From Octopus sinensis (lineage: Eukaryota): a DNA stretch of 64,000 nt. Positions 52,056 to 64,000 of the stretch are shown here, piece after piece (positions within the stretch are counted from its first letter, which is position 1; each line of letters starts with the position of its first letter). The position numbers and the translations under genes were made by a program. Where the stretch lies: contig NC_043001.1 in NCBI RefSeq assembly GCF_006345805.1, positions 108,376,001 through 108,440,000 of the forward strand. The letters run 5' to 3'. Below the pieces are notes generated by a model. The model was not told where the DNA came from. It ran no database searches and saw only the letters and a list, made by a program, of their open reading frames with translations.

Positions 52056-52821
52056 AAAGATGTGTGTGCAAACATGAATGTAGAAAGGATTTACATAGCT
52101 ATGGGTACGGAGACACATGCCTAAGATGCAAGCTAACACACACACACACACACACACCACACACACACATGCACACACACATTTAGCAAATATGCTGAAT
52201 AGTTTCAATGTCTTAAGCACTTAAATCATCTCCATAGTTAACATTTTTCTCACTTGCAAGTTTCTTCAAATGTTCCATAAGGTTTTATATTTTTAAATGG
52301 AGAGAGAAAGAGGTAGAGAGAGAGGCAGAGAGACAGACAGAGAATGAAAGAGAAAGAGTAGGAGGGAGAGAGGGAGAGGTTGTGTTTGTTGGGAGTCTAT
52401 CAGCTGTCTTCCTATAATTATTTAGACACCATTAAGTCTTGCATGACTGAACTCAACTGAACTCACATGACATATGAGAAGCCACTGCATGGTTACATGA
52501 CCTGCTAGACATAGCAACCAGATCTCCCTGAAATCTAACAAGTCATTGGTCAATGTGGTAGAAGATATAAAAAACAACAAAAAAATACAAAAAAAAGGAA
52601 ACAACAACAGGCTGGTCAATACTGGAATGCAATATGTAGGATCATGGTTGACTTGGGTTAAATAACAACAACATCAATATTCTAACAAAGAAATTCATAG
52701 AATATTTTCAATGAGCATCTTATCTCCTAGTATTACACTTCTTTGTTTGGGTTCCTTCTTCTCTGGAAGTAAGCAGATTAGATGACATTTCATTACCATA
52801 TTTATTTTCTTTTGGCAATAG

Positions 52822-52871
52822 GAGAAGCAGAAGGAGGAGAAGAAGAGGGAAAAGAAAGAAGTGCTGGATGC
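52822..52871 (+). CDS. Candidate 50-nt purine-rich exon; frame unresolved
   Basis: Strong sites tttattttcttttggcaatag|GAG...GATGC|gtgagt; all three frames are open (e.g. EKQKEEKKREKKEVLD). Confidence 0.35.
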
Positions 52872-53074
52872 GTGAGTCGGGGAGAGGGGTGAATGTGCAG
52901 TGAGGAGGAGAGATTTGGTTTTTAACAAGGCAGGTTGCACACACAACACACAGTCTTGGAATCTCCATAACAAATGCTAACATCCAAAAGTATTAAAGAC
53001 TAAGAATTATTTTTAAAGATGTTTGCATTTTCAGCAACTACATCCAAGCGATAATCATAAAAATGATCATTTCT

Positions 53075-53108
<34 letters not shown>

Positions 53109-53139
53109 TAATAATAATGATGATGATGACGATAAAAAT

Positions 53140-53790
53140 AAGGGTTTCAAATTTTGCCAGAAGGGCAGCAATTTTTATTTGGGGGGGGGGGGGAATCGAT
53201 TAAATTGACCCCAGTGTTCAACTGGTACTTATTTTATTGACCCAAAGTCGACCTTGGCAGAATTTGAACTCAGAACATAAAGACAAACGAAATGCTGCCA
53301 AGCATTATTCCCGACGTTCTAACAATTCTGCCAGCTTACAGACTTAATAATGACAATTCTTTCTACTGGAAGCACAAGGCCTCAGATTTAGGGGAAGGGA
53401 TTAAGTCAATTACATCGATCCCAGTGTGTAACTGGTACTTATTCAATCAACTCCGAAAGGATGAAAGGCAAAGTCGACCTCGGCAGAATTTGAACTCAGA
53501 ACATAACGGCAGACGAAATACCACTAAACCTTTTGCCCTGCACACTAACAGCTCTGCCAGCTTGCCACCTTAATAATAATCCTTTCCAATTTTGGTATAA
53601 GGCTAGCAATTTTTGAGGGAAGGGGTTAAATAATTTTATCAACCTCAGTACTCAACAGGTATTTATTTTATCAACTCTGAAAGAACGAAAGGCAGAGTGG
53701 ACTTGGAAGAATTTGAAATCAAAATGCAAAGACACACGAAATGCCGCTAAGCTTTATATTCAGCGTAGTAACAATCCTGCTAGCTTGCTC
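53140..53790 (-). mobile_element. Three tandem SINE family B copies, each flanked by (AAT)n
   Basis: Core repeated three times with taataat tails. A fourth copy lies at about 54110-54260; others are near 6125, 34130, 40660, 48710, 57380, 62187 and 63850. Confidence 0.75.
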
Positions 53791-53814
53791 CTTAATAATA
53801 TAAATAATAATATC

Positions 53815-54102
53815 ACTATAGATATAGCATGTCCAGCTGACAACTAGGTATGCAATAAGGAAGGAAGAAAAGTCAATAGATATAACAGGTTAGCTTGGGA
53901 GGTTAAGCAGTTGTGGTCACTGAAAAAGGTGGTAGTAGTGCCAATAATTGTCGGAGCCCTGGGAACAGTGAGTAAAAATCTTGATAAGCACATGGAACAA
54001 ATAGGAGCTGCGATAAGGATGGAGCACTTGCAAAAAACAGCACTGCTTGGAACCGCTCAAATACTCCAGATCGTGCTTGAAAAATATGGGGTGTTACCAT
54101 AG
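53815..54102 (+). mobile_element. R4/Dong-type non-LTR retrotransposon fragment (restriction-like endonuclease C-terminus); a second weaker fragment at about 54330-54480
   Basis: DIACPAD...KVNRYNRLAWEVKQLWSLKKVVVVPIIVGALGTV...LQKTALLGTAQILQIVL matches the RLE motif D...P.D...K..KY..L......W......PIVIGALG...LQK.ALLGTA.ILR.VL. Confidence 0.85.
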
Positions 54103-54834
54103 TTCACTGGTAGGGGCTAAGTCAATTACATCAACCCCAGTGCTCGACTGGTGCTTATTTGATTGACACCGAAAGGATGAAAGGCAAAGTAGACTTTGAC
54201 GGAATTTTAACTCAGAACATAACAATGGATGAAATACCACTAAGCATTTTGCCTGGCATGTTAAAATAATGATGATGATAATAATAACAATAATAATAAT
54301 AATAATCCCTTAAAATTTGAAATTGCAAGAATTTGAAATATGAAAACTAGTGCATTAGGGACTATGAGTAATGGTTATAGATAAATAGTGGAAGGTGATC
54401 AGAATGGAATGGAATGTTCTGTAGAGCTTCTACAGAAAGTTTGCCTCTCAAGAACAGGGAAGATTATCAGAAGGGTTTAGGGCAGTTGACAGATTATTGA
54501 AAGCTTATGGATATCATCATCATCGGAAAACGGATGCTAAACGATGATGATGATAGTAACCAGTTACCCACATAGATTCAACCAGGAATAAAACGAAACC
54601 AGAGTCAAATAATGGTTTATGGTTTCGGCTGAAGGCCAGCAATTCTATGGGGAAGGGATTAGTTAATCCCATTGATACTTTGTTATCAACCCCAGAGGAA
54701 TAAAATGTAAAGTGTGTCTGTGTGTATGTAAATATGTGTATATATGTATGAGTGTTTATGTATCTATCTACTAATATACACTCACATATTCATACACATC
54801 ACATATATACACATGCATATATACATATATTTTT

Positions 54835-55150
54835 CACAGTTCTATATTTAAGAGATGAGGAATTATTTACATTATTTACATTCGATGGATATTTGTCCTC
54901 ACCTTGTTTGTTGTTAACACAACGTTTCGGCTGATATACCCTCCAGCCTTCATCAGGTGTCTTGGGGAAGTTTCGAACCTGGGTTCTCATTCATAAGGTA
55001 ATTTTAATAATAATAATAATAATTACTTCAAAAAATACCCTAGGAATGAGAACCCAGGTTGGAAATTTCCCCAAGGCTGGAGGGTAAATCGGCTGAAATG
55101 TTGTGTTAACAACAAGATGAGGACAAAATATCCATCAAATGTAAATAATG
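54835..55150. mobile_element. Family C inverted tail pair around (AAT)n
   Basis: Minus-strand tail 54835-55003 (intact core) and plus-strand tail 55030-55150 (lacking CTGATGA). Confidence 0.82.
54916..54961 (-). ncRNA. Putative minimal type I hammerhead ribozyme
   Basis: The sense strand reads GACAC-CUGAUGA-A-GGCUG-GAGGGUAUAU-CAGCC-GAAAC-GUU-GUGUU. Stem I GACAC/GUGUU, stem II GGCUG/CAGCC, both core boxes present, and a loopless palindromic stem III (AACGUU). Activity is untested. Confidence 0.65.
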
Positions 55151-55675
55151 AATATATTTTTCATTCTATATTTTTTCAACTTTTCATTAATCACATTCTT
55201 ACAGATTGTCCTTTGGAATTAAAAACCATGGCATTAAGAATTCAGATCTGCTAAGATTTTTGCAATCTTGGCACCTTATCTCCATTATGCCATAGACATT
55301 AAAAAGTCAGGACTTCCATTAATTGAGTTCCTTCACATAACACAGAGGTCAAAAGGCAGACATTTCCATTATCTACTTTCATGGTGCTATCAGTCCTAAG
55401 TGCATTTTCACACATACACACAATCTCTCCATGGCCCTCCCTCATCCTCACACACACATATGAATGCAGCAGCAACAAGCACTTCACTGATGTAGAGTAA
55501 TTAAAAGAATTAAACAGAAAAAAAATAACAAAATACAAACTATAATACAGATAACAAAAGTTACTTTCAGTGATGTGTTTCGCGTCACATTAACAAAAAT
55601 ATGTTATTTTATACGGGGTTAAGGTCACATTAACAAAAATATGTTATTTAATAGCGGGGGGGGGGGTCAGCTTAA

Positions 55676-55901
55676 CCCTTTCAATACCAACCCGCCTAAA
55701 ACCCCACCACTCTGGCTCTGAGTACAAATGTCTTGTTTTCATAAGTTTTGAATGAAAATCTTCTACCAAACCTTAGTCACAATTTATGTTCCTAACACTA
55801 GCTGAATGATAACTAAGTTATTTTACTTAATTTCTTTGTTATATTTAAAATTAATTGAAAGAAACACAGAGCATCTCAACAGAAATACAATAACGAAAGG
55901 G
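55676..55901. mobile_element. piggyBac-like MITE family 1
   Basis: TTAA|CCCTTTC...GAAAGGG|TTAA. Confidence 0.88.
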
Positions 55902-55977
55902 TTAATCTGTAATTCTGCAGATTAAAGAGATTGAAATAGTAGCACTCCAAACATTAAAGGGACTGTAACATGGAAAA

Positions 55978-56272
55978 TAGTGGAGGTGCAAAGGCCCAGT
56001 GGTTAGGGCAGCGGACTCGCGGTCAGAGAATTGCAGTTTCAATTCCCAGACTGGGCATTGTGTTTGTTTATCGAGCTAAAACACCTAAAAGCTCCACGAG
56101 GCTCCGGCAGGGGGTGGTAGCGACCCCTGTTGTACTCTTTCGCCCCAACTTTCTTTTACTCTTTCTTCCTGTTTCTTGAGTAACGCTGGCGTCCAGTCCA
56201 GCTGGGGGGAACACATACACCACAGAAACTGGGAAACTGGGCCCATGAGCCTGGTTAGGCTTGAAAAGGGTC
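55978..56272 (+). mobile_element. SINE family D with a tRNA-Arg(TCG)-like head
   Basis: GGCCCAGTGGTTAGGGCAGCGGACTCGCGGTC, degenerate B box GTTTCAATTCCC and a non-tRNA body. Confidence 0.78.
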
Positions 56273-58074
56273 ACGTTTATCGTTTTTAACATGGAAAATA
56301 CATGTTAGCCATTCACACAGACTTTTGGCTTCAATTAACCTTTTAGCATTCAGATTACTTTATCAAAGTAATGTCTATTTATTCATATTGTGTGAATTAA
56401 TCGTGTGTTATCACGTAGCTTTGGGATTTCAATAACATAATTCTTTATTTTTAGAATGACACTGTTGGGTAGGTATGAGGGCCCAGATAAGGCTGGTTTG
56501 AACATAAAATACTTGTTGGATATCGTCATCATCATTTAACATCCATTGTCCATGGACCAACCAAATCCACTGACATGGCTTTGGTCAGCCCAGGGTTATA
56601 GCAGAAGACGCTTGCTCATGGAGCCACACAGTGAGACTGAACCGAGAACATTATGGTTGGTGAGCAAGCTTCTTACCACACAGCCATGCCTGCGCCTACA
56701 TGCAGTTTTATACTGCATCGCATTGTTTTACAGTTTTATTTATTGTTTTATGCTACATTATTCTGTCATCTTATTTGAACAAAAAGCTAAAATGCAAAGC
56801 AAGAAATCTAAAAATAAAGCCTATTAATTTGAGTCATAAAAACATGGAGATTATCATGACAATCAATAAATCTATGGAGCTGAGAATACATTTGTAATGA
56901 TTCCACTCAAAACAACATGCTTGTGACATCATAACATCGGTATCTGGCTTACTGTCTCTATTGGCTTCTTGAGAAGATTTTTGTTGGTAGTGGTGAAGGC
57001 AGATGTGGTGTTGGATGTGATGGTGTTGCTTTTTGGTTTTATTTTTTAGTGGATGAAAGACAGGAAGGTGGGTAGTGTAATGTATTCGTCAAATATATTA
57101 ACTTATGCTTTTTCTAGCCATTTAGAAGGGAAATGGGAGTGAAAAGAGTGAGGAAATAGGAAGAAGAAAAATAAACAAAAGGACAACAGAACATTTGAAA
57201 AGAGAAAAAAAACATAAAAAGGAAGGAAAAACCAGAAGAAAGAAAGTAGAGGCTTGCATATATATATGATGTATGTGCTGGGTGGACCCATAGTCATGAT
57301 GGGTATATAGGGCTTCGTATATTTGTACCCCAGCATCATTTTGATGGTGTGTGCTGCTCTCTCACACAGTAATAGTAATAATAATGATAATCCTTTCTAC
57401 TAAAGACAGAAGGCCTGGAATTTGGTGGGGGAAGGGACTGGTCAATTACATCGACCCCAGTGTTCAACTGGTACTTATTTTATCGATGCCCCAAAGGATG
57501 AAAGGTAAAGCTGGCCCCTGGAGGAATTTGAGCTGGGAATATAAAGATGGACAAAATAAGCATTTTGCCCAATACACTAACGATTCTACCAGTTCACAAG
57601 AAGAAGGAGAAGTTCTTTGAAATTGTCCTCCCTGTTTTGGACCACAAGGGCTCAAGACATGTAGGACGATATCAAAGGATGAGTTACAGGACACAAAACA
57701 AAACATCATCATTTAACGTCTGTTTTCCATGCTGGCATGGGTTGGACGGTTTGACTGGGGACTGGCAAGTCAGGAAGCCGCACAAGGCTCCAATCTGATC
57801 TGACAATGTTTCTACAGTTGGATGCCCTTCCTAATGCCAACCACTCCGAGAGTGTAGTGGGTGCTTTTTATATGCCACCGGTACAGGACCAGTAAAGCAG
57901 CACCGGCATTGGCCACATTCGGATTGTATCTTTTATGTGCCACCAGCACGGTGAGCCAGTCAGGCGGCACTGGCAACAAACCACACATGAATGGTGCCAT
58001 GCAAAAACAAAAAATACAACAGAAGGAGTTTCCATCGATCAGAAAATCAGAATAGAGAACCCAGTAGAACTATT

Positions 58075-58255
58075 GGACTCAGTTTGTCCTCAGCAGTCAG
58101 GGCCCATGATTCACTGCCATGTAGCATGGCTGTTCATTCACATGCGTCATACAATCTACCTTTTATTCTGAGCGTGAGGCCCTTTGTCACCAGCAGAGGT
58201 AGGAGCTCTCTGAACTTCGCCCAGACTATTCTTATTCTGGCAGCTACACACACAC
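58075..58255 (-). mobile_element. RTE-clade LINE ORF fragment (post-RT region)
   Basis: Minus-strand translation AARIRIVWAKFRELLPLLVTKGLTLRIKGRLYDACE*TAMLHGSESWALT. Confidence 0.85.
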
Positions 58256-58314
58256 ACATATATATATATAAAGTAACAAACTGGGGGAAAGAACTCCTTC
58301 AAATTCACTGGTAT

Positions 58315-59030
58315 ATCATCATCATCATCATCATTTAACGTCCGCTTTCCATGCTAGCATGGGTTGGACGGTTCAACTGGGGTCTGGGGAGCCCGAAAGC
58401 TGCACCAGTCCAGTCAGATCTGGCAGTGTTTCTACAGCTGGATGCCCTTCCTAACGCCAACCACTCCGAGAGTGTAGTGGGTGATTTTATGTGCCACCGA
58501 CACAGGTGCCAGATGAGGCTGGCAAACGGCCACGCTCGGATGGTGTTTTTATGTGCCACCGACACAGGTGCCAGACGAGGCTGGCAGACGGCCACGCTCG
58601 GATGGTGTTTTTATGTGCCACCGACACAGGTGCCAGATGAGGCTGGCAAACGGCCACGATCGGATGGTGTTTGTTACGTGCCCACAGCACGGAGGCTAGT
58701 CGATGCGATATTGGCTACGGCCACGTTCGGATGGTTTTCTTGTGTGCCACGTGCCACCGGCACTGGTACCACAAAGATACAAATTCCATTGATGTTCATC
58801 TATTTTGATTTGTTTTGATTTTCACTTGCCTCAACAGGTCTTCACAAGTGTCACAAGAAGGAAGGTATGCACAGGTGGACTGACTACGTCCCAGGTAGGG
58901 GCCACAGGTTATGGCCTGACTAGTCTTGCCGGGTCTTCGGATGGTGTTTTTATGTGCCACCGACACAGGTGCCAGATGAGGCTGGCGAACGGCCACGATC
59001 GGATGGTGTTTGTTACGTGCCCACATATAA
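58315..59030 (-). mobile_element. RTE-clade 3'UTR copy with about 63-bp VNTR units on both sides of a unique 3'UTR segment
   Basis: Units atgtgccaccgacacaggtgccagatgaggctggc at 58490-58680 and again at 58950-59025. Confidence 0.78.
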
Positions 59031-60503
59031 ATATTGCTATAATTCAATAATGAAGATAAATTAAATATAGATATATTCTATTGACATTCAATAATTTATT
59101 TATATTACAATATTACATTAAATACTAGGAATATAATATATAACATAACATAATATTATATATGTAATTATAAAAACTGTAAAAGTCCAGCAAATTGTTT
59201 CTGCTTATATATGTTTTCTGATATACATTATCCCAGTTTAATTATGTATAAGTCACTTCAGGGTCAATTGGTTCAGAATGACGAAATCCCATCTGGAAAG
59301 GACAGCTGGATTGTAAAAATTAATTCAAATGTCTGTGTTATGAGCAGTGAGTGTTAATTAGTCAATCTTACATCAATTACAATTAAAATACAACAAAAAC
59401 ATTTTAACGGGCGATACAATCAAGGAAGTTCAATTCACAACCATCAAAATTCCCTTCGTCTCATCTCAAACACATACCAATTGAAAGCCTTTTATGTCCA
59501 AGATAGTCTCTTGTTATCACAACATACAATAATAATATGTGTGTGTGTATAAATGTATATAATTAAGTATCTAATTCTTTTCCTAAGTGTAACTACAATA
59601 AAAAATATATAAACAATTACATCTTCAATACAACTCTTTTATCTATTTAAATTAGTTGGTATAAAAAAATTGTTCAAATTAACTAATAATAATCTTCTTT
59701 ATTATTTTCTCATAGGGATAATTACGTATTAGATATGAACAGAAACCTAATGACTATATATATAAGCCGAAACAATTTGTTGGACTTTTACGGTTTTTAT
59801 AATTATTTATATAATATTATGTTATATATTATATTCACAGTATTTAATGTAATATTGTAATATAAATAAATTACTGAATGTCGATAGAATATCTCTATAT
59901 TTAATCTACCTTTATATATATATATATAACTTGTAAACAAGGGCAAAAGAAAAATTATTTCTATGCCAATATGCTGATAACAGACTTTAAATCGTCAATT
60001 TCCACATTTCATTATACATTCACTACAAATACACGTTGTGCTGAAATCGAGGAAATATATATACAACAGGCTACTTTCAGCTTCCATCTACCAAATCCAC
60101 TCACAAAGCTTTGGTCAGCTTGAGACTATAGTAGAAGACACTTGCCCAAGGTGCCATGCAGTGGGCCTGAACCTGGATATATACTTTATAAAAAAGCAGC
60201 AAAAATATCACAAAAACCGTTACTCAGTTTCACATTCCCATTCGTCGGACAGTTTTGGTTGAGAATGGAACAAAAATAAGGTTTTCTATATATGTATATA
60301 TATATACATACACACACATATATAAGCATATAAGCACAAACACACACAGGCAACATAAGACCAAAACATAACCCCTAAATTCATCCCACTATATCTAAGA
60401 CCATGACAACCCATACCAACATGAAAAAGCAAATGCAGATGGTAATACTGATGTGTGCATGTGTGTGTGTGTATGTATGTATGTATATGTGTATGTATAT
60501 TGA

Positions 60504-60543
<40 letters not shown>

Positions 60544-61199
60544 TGTCCAACCCATGCTAGCATGGAGAGCGGACGTTAAATGATGATGATGATGATGATG
60601 ATATATACATACATACATTAATCAATATACACACACACACTCTTACATATGACATACATCCACAAAATTCTTGGACTGAATTTATTAAGGAATATGCTGC
60701 AAGATTATTTCCTCTCAAGAGAAGCAAACATGAGTCATTCTTGTGTCTGTGAGCAAACTCTGGACATGTTTAGACACGCACTGCCAATAAACGGCGGGAA
60801 CAATCATATTTATTTTGTAGTTGTCTACAAATAGTTCCATCACTGCTTCACTGTGGATGAACTGAGAGATGGAGTGAAGAGGAATGATGTCACTGAAGCT
60901 TACATCTTAATAAACAAGCCAGGCAGGGAGCATCTATATGGTCAGACAACCTGTTAGAAATAGCAGCTAAATAATATTTTATACATATATGCACACATAC
61001 ATATTTTATTTCTGATTTGTTTCAGTCACTGGACTGTGGCCATGTTGAAGGACTTAGGTCAAGGAAATCGACCTCTGTATTTATTTTTTTGAAGCCTGCT
61101 ATTTACATATTTGTTCTATTGACCACTTTTGCCAAACTGCTAAGTTATGAGGACATAAAGACACCAACACCAGTTTTCGAAGGAAGTGGAGACAAAAGC

Positions 61200-61260
<61 letters not shown>

Positions 61261-61268
<8 letters not shown>

Positions 61269-61391
61269 TACACACACAAGCATTATTGTTATCTGTGGAG
61301 TAATATCTGTAGTAAAAAGAATAAGCTGTCTTTGGCTGCTATTTCTAAATTTTCGGTATGTGGTGAAGCAACTTGTTGATTAACCCTTAAT

Positions 61392-61435
<44 letters not shown>

Positions 61436-61570
61436 TACACACACAAGCATTATTGTTATCTGTGGAGTAATATCTGTAGTAAAAAGAATAAGCTGTCTTT
61501 GGCTGCTATTTCTAAATTTTCGGTATGTGGTGAAGCAACTTGTTGATTAACCCTTAATTATATACATATA
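61261..61570. repeat. Exact tandem duplication, period 167 bp, bounded by (TA)n
   Basis: cacatatatacacacacaagcattattgttatc...taacccttaattatatac at 61261 and 61428. Confidence 0.95.
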
Positions 61571-61574
61571 TATA

Positions 61575-61616
<42 letters not shown>

Positions 61617-62808
61617 CCACCAATGCCAACATGATGATGATATATGAATTCACACACACATACAGAGACTTCTACACAGTTTTCATCTACCAAATTCACC
61701 CATGAGATATTAGTCAGCCTGGGACTATACTAGAAGATATTGGCACAAGAGGTCATACAATGGGACTGAACCTGAAACCACAGGTTTGCCAGGTGTGCTT
61801 CCTAACAACACAGCCGTACCTATGAAATGTAATCTAAAAAATTCTGATGCAAATATAGAATTCTTTTATCTACCTTTACATTTGAACGGTTGTACCAAGA
61901 CAACACAGGTACCTATATATGTTTGCTCACCCTGCTAGAAACAGCAGCCAAATTTTCCTTAACCCACGCCTATTATCTTAACAACAAAAGCGCCGAATAC
62001 TCTAAGTCTGAGGTACACTTATTCCTGAAATAAAGATGAGACAGTCATGGTTGGAATACTTGGGATCATATACCTGTTGGATCAGACTAGCCATGAACTA
62101 AATTACAAGAACAACAACACTCTTGTAAAGCAAGGCAATGAAATGGCAGAGTAGTTAGAATATCAGACAAAATAGTAGGCAATATTTATTTTGGCAAAGG
62201 CAGCGAGCTGGCAGAATCATTAGCACGTCAGACAAAATGCTTAGCAGCATTACATCAATCTGCACGTTCTGGGTTCAAATTCTGCCAAGGTTGACTTTGC
62301 TTTTCAAGCTTTTGGGGGGTCGATAAATTAAGTACCAGTTGAACACTGGGGTTGATGTAATTGACTAGCACCCTCCCCCAAAATTCCTAGTTTTATGCCA
62401 AAATTTGAAACCAATATTTATTCCGATACCTTGTATCATGAGTTCAAATCTTGCTGAGGGTCAAGTTTTCCTTTTATCTTCCCAAGGCCAAAAAATACAG
62501 TATCAAACAAGTGTGATGAACTGCAGAATTGTTTAAGTGTTGGGTGGGATTCTTTACAATATTTACTCCAGTTTAAATTCCAGTATGGCCTACTTTGGTG
62601 GTAAACTTATCTAATTGCATAGATTAGCAGTACCACCTGGCCTGTGGGTGCCTTTAGGAAAGGAGTCCACTCCTATTGCAAGCATTAAGACCAGTTCTAT
62701 GGTTTGTAGAAACCTTCCACCCTCTCTCCTCACAGTCTCAGAAAACTTGTGAAGGATCATGGACTCTGCCCTTCTTCCTAACTAAGCAATAAAAAAAAAT
62801 GTATTCTA

Positions 62809-63180
62809 TTGCTTACCAACCACATGGTTCTGGGTTCAGTCCCACTGTGTAGAACCTTGGGCAAGTGTCTTCTACTATAGCCTCAGGCCAACCAAAGCCT
62901 TGTGAGTGGATTTGGTAGATGGAAAGTGAAAGAAGCCCATTGTATATACGTATATGCATATATAAATATGTGTGTGTGTTTGTCTCCCCAACATCGCTTG
63001 ACAACTGATGCTGGTGTGTTTACATCCCCATAAATTAGCAGTTCGGCAAAAGAGACCGATAGAATAAATACTAGGCTTACAAAGAATAAGTCCTGGGGTC
63101 GATTCGCTCGACTAAAGGCAGTGCTCCAGCATGGCCACAGACAAATGACTGAAACGAATAAAAGAAAAGAAAAGAAAAGA
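62809..63180 (+). mobile_element. SINE family A copy (other partial copies near 779, 11345, 12210, 17400, 20700, 22740, 44945, 56560 and 60060)
   Basis: Matches the family consensus. Confidence 0.88.
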
Positions 63181-64000
63181 TGACAAACATCAACAAGTCT
63201 GTTCACCTGAAGTGAATTTTTAGCATGGAGATCCTGAGAAAGAAAAATTTTTTAAATACAGACATCACCTCAAAACCAAAACAAAAATAAAATTTGAAAA
63301 AAAGGAAAAAAATTCCAGAAGACATTGTTGCTTGCTAAGTGCAGCTGTTTGAATTGAAATGGATCTTTTTAAGAAATCCTAATTACTGGCAAAAATTAGA
63401 AATATTTATATCTGTGCTGGTGGCGTGTAAAAAGCACCATCCAAACGTGGCCGATGCCAGCACCGCCTTGACTGGCTTCCGTACCGGTGGCACATAAAAA
63501 GCACCAACTGATCGTGGTCAGCCTCCTTTGGTCCCTGTGCTGGTGGCACGTAAAAGGCACCCACTACATTCTCGGAGTGGTTGGCGTTTGGAAGGACATC
63601 CAGCTGTAGAAACACTGCCATATCATACTGGAGCCTGGTGCAGCCTCCTGGCTTCCCAGACCTTAGTCGAACCGTCCAACCCATGCCAGAATGGAAAACG
63701 GACATTAAATGATGATAATGATAATAAACGATGACCCTACATTTTAATTATGTTAATCCCTGATCATCATCAGATGTCTCAATTTCATAAAACAAATTAA
63801 AAAAAATTAAGATAATAAATAAATCTGATTTTAATTTTTAATAATCAGATTAAAGCCATGAAGTGGCAGAATCGTTAAGACTGAGAGATAGAATGCCTTG
63901 TGGTATTTGTTGTGATTTTCTGTGTAGTGAGTTCAAGTTCCGCTGGGGTTAACTTCATCTTTCATTTTTTCTGGAGCCAATAAAACGGTACCAATATTGG

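Noticed and set aside
52822-52871. DNAH5-like N-terminus (EKKEVLDA versus EAKRALLDA)
   Set aside because: The match is only a few low-complexity residues, all three frames are open, and I found no following dynein exon.
55978-56060. tRNA genes at SINE heads (here, 21110, 8890-8960 and 18238)
   Set aside because: The acceptor and anticodon stems are broken, and each head continues into a shared SINE body.
60650-60900. Additional minus-strand open frames here and at about 63205-63240, 35234-35310, 20070-20150, 17050-17140 and 13970-14130
   Set aside because: Each has only one good splice site or conflicting phases and no recognisable homology, so they are too weak to list as exons.

Overview
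This is eukaryotic, very AT-rich and microsatellite-dense DNA, and it is almost entirely intronic or intergenic. It is most likely from a cephalopod (octopus); that is an inference from the repeat families, not a database hit. One coding exon is firmly recognisable: the first coding exon of WDFY3/Alfy (Drosophila blue cheese) at 3662-3465 on the minus strand, and the rest of that gene runs off the left edge. Several splice-site-bounded candidate exons of unidentified genes lie on both strands. Most of the window is mobile DNA: at least four tRNA-headed SINE-like families, 3' ends of an RTE-clade LINE carrying an internal VNTR, CR1-like and R4/Dong-like LINE fragments, piggyBac-like (TTAA) MITEs, a mariner deletion derivative, a non-autonomous Helitron and TA-flanked foldback MITEs. 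The most interesting signal is a small repeat (7 full or partial copies, 1 with an intact core at 54916-54961) that joins a tRNA-like Pol III head to a tail containing a minimal type I hammerhead ribozyme of the Penelope-like-element kind, often as inverted pairs. Two other patterns recur: snap-back (hairpin) 5' ends on retroposon copies, and dimeric SINE and MITE units with identical junctions. No CRISPR array, rRNA or true tRNA gene is supported. Nearly all long ORFs in the supplied track are artefacts of simple repeats or SINEs. Repeat boundaries were read by eye and are approximate unless termini are quoted.
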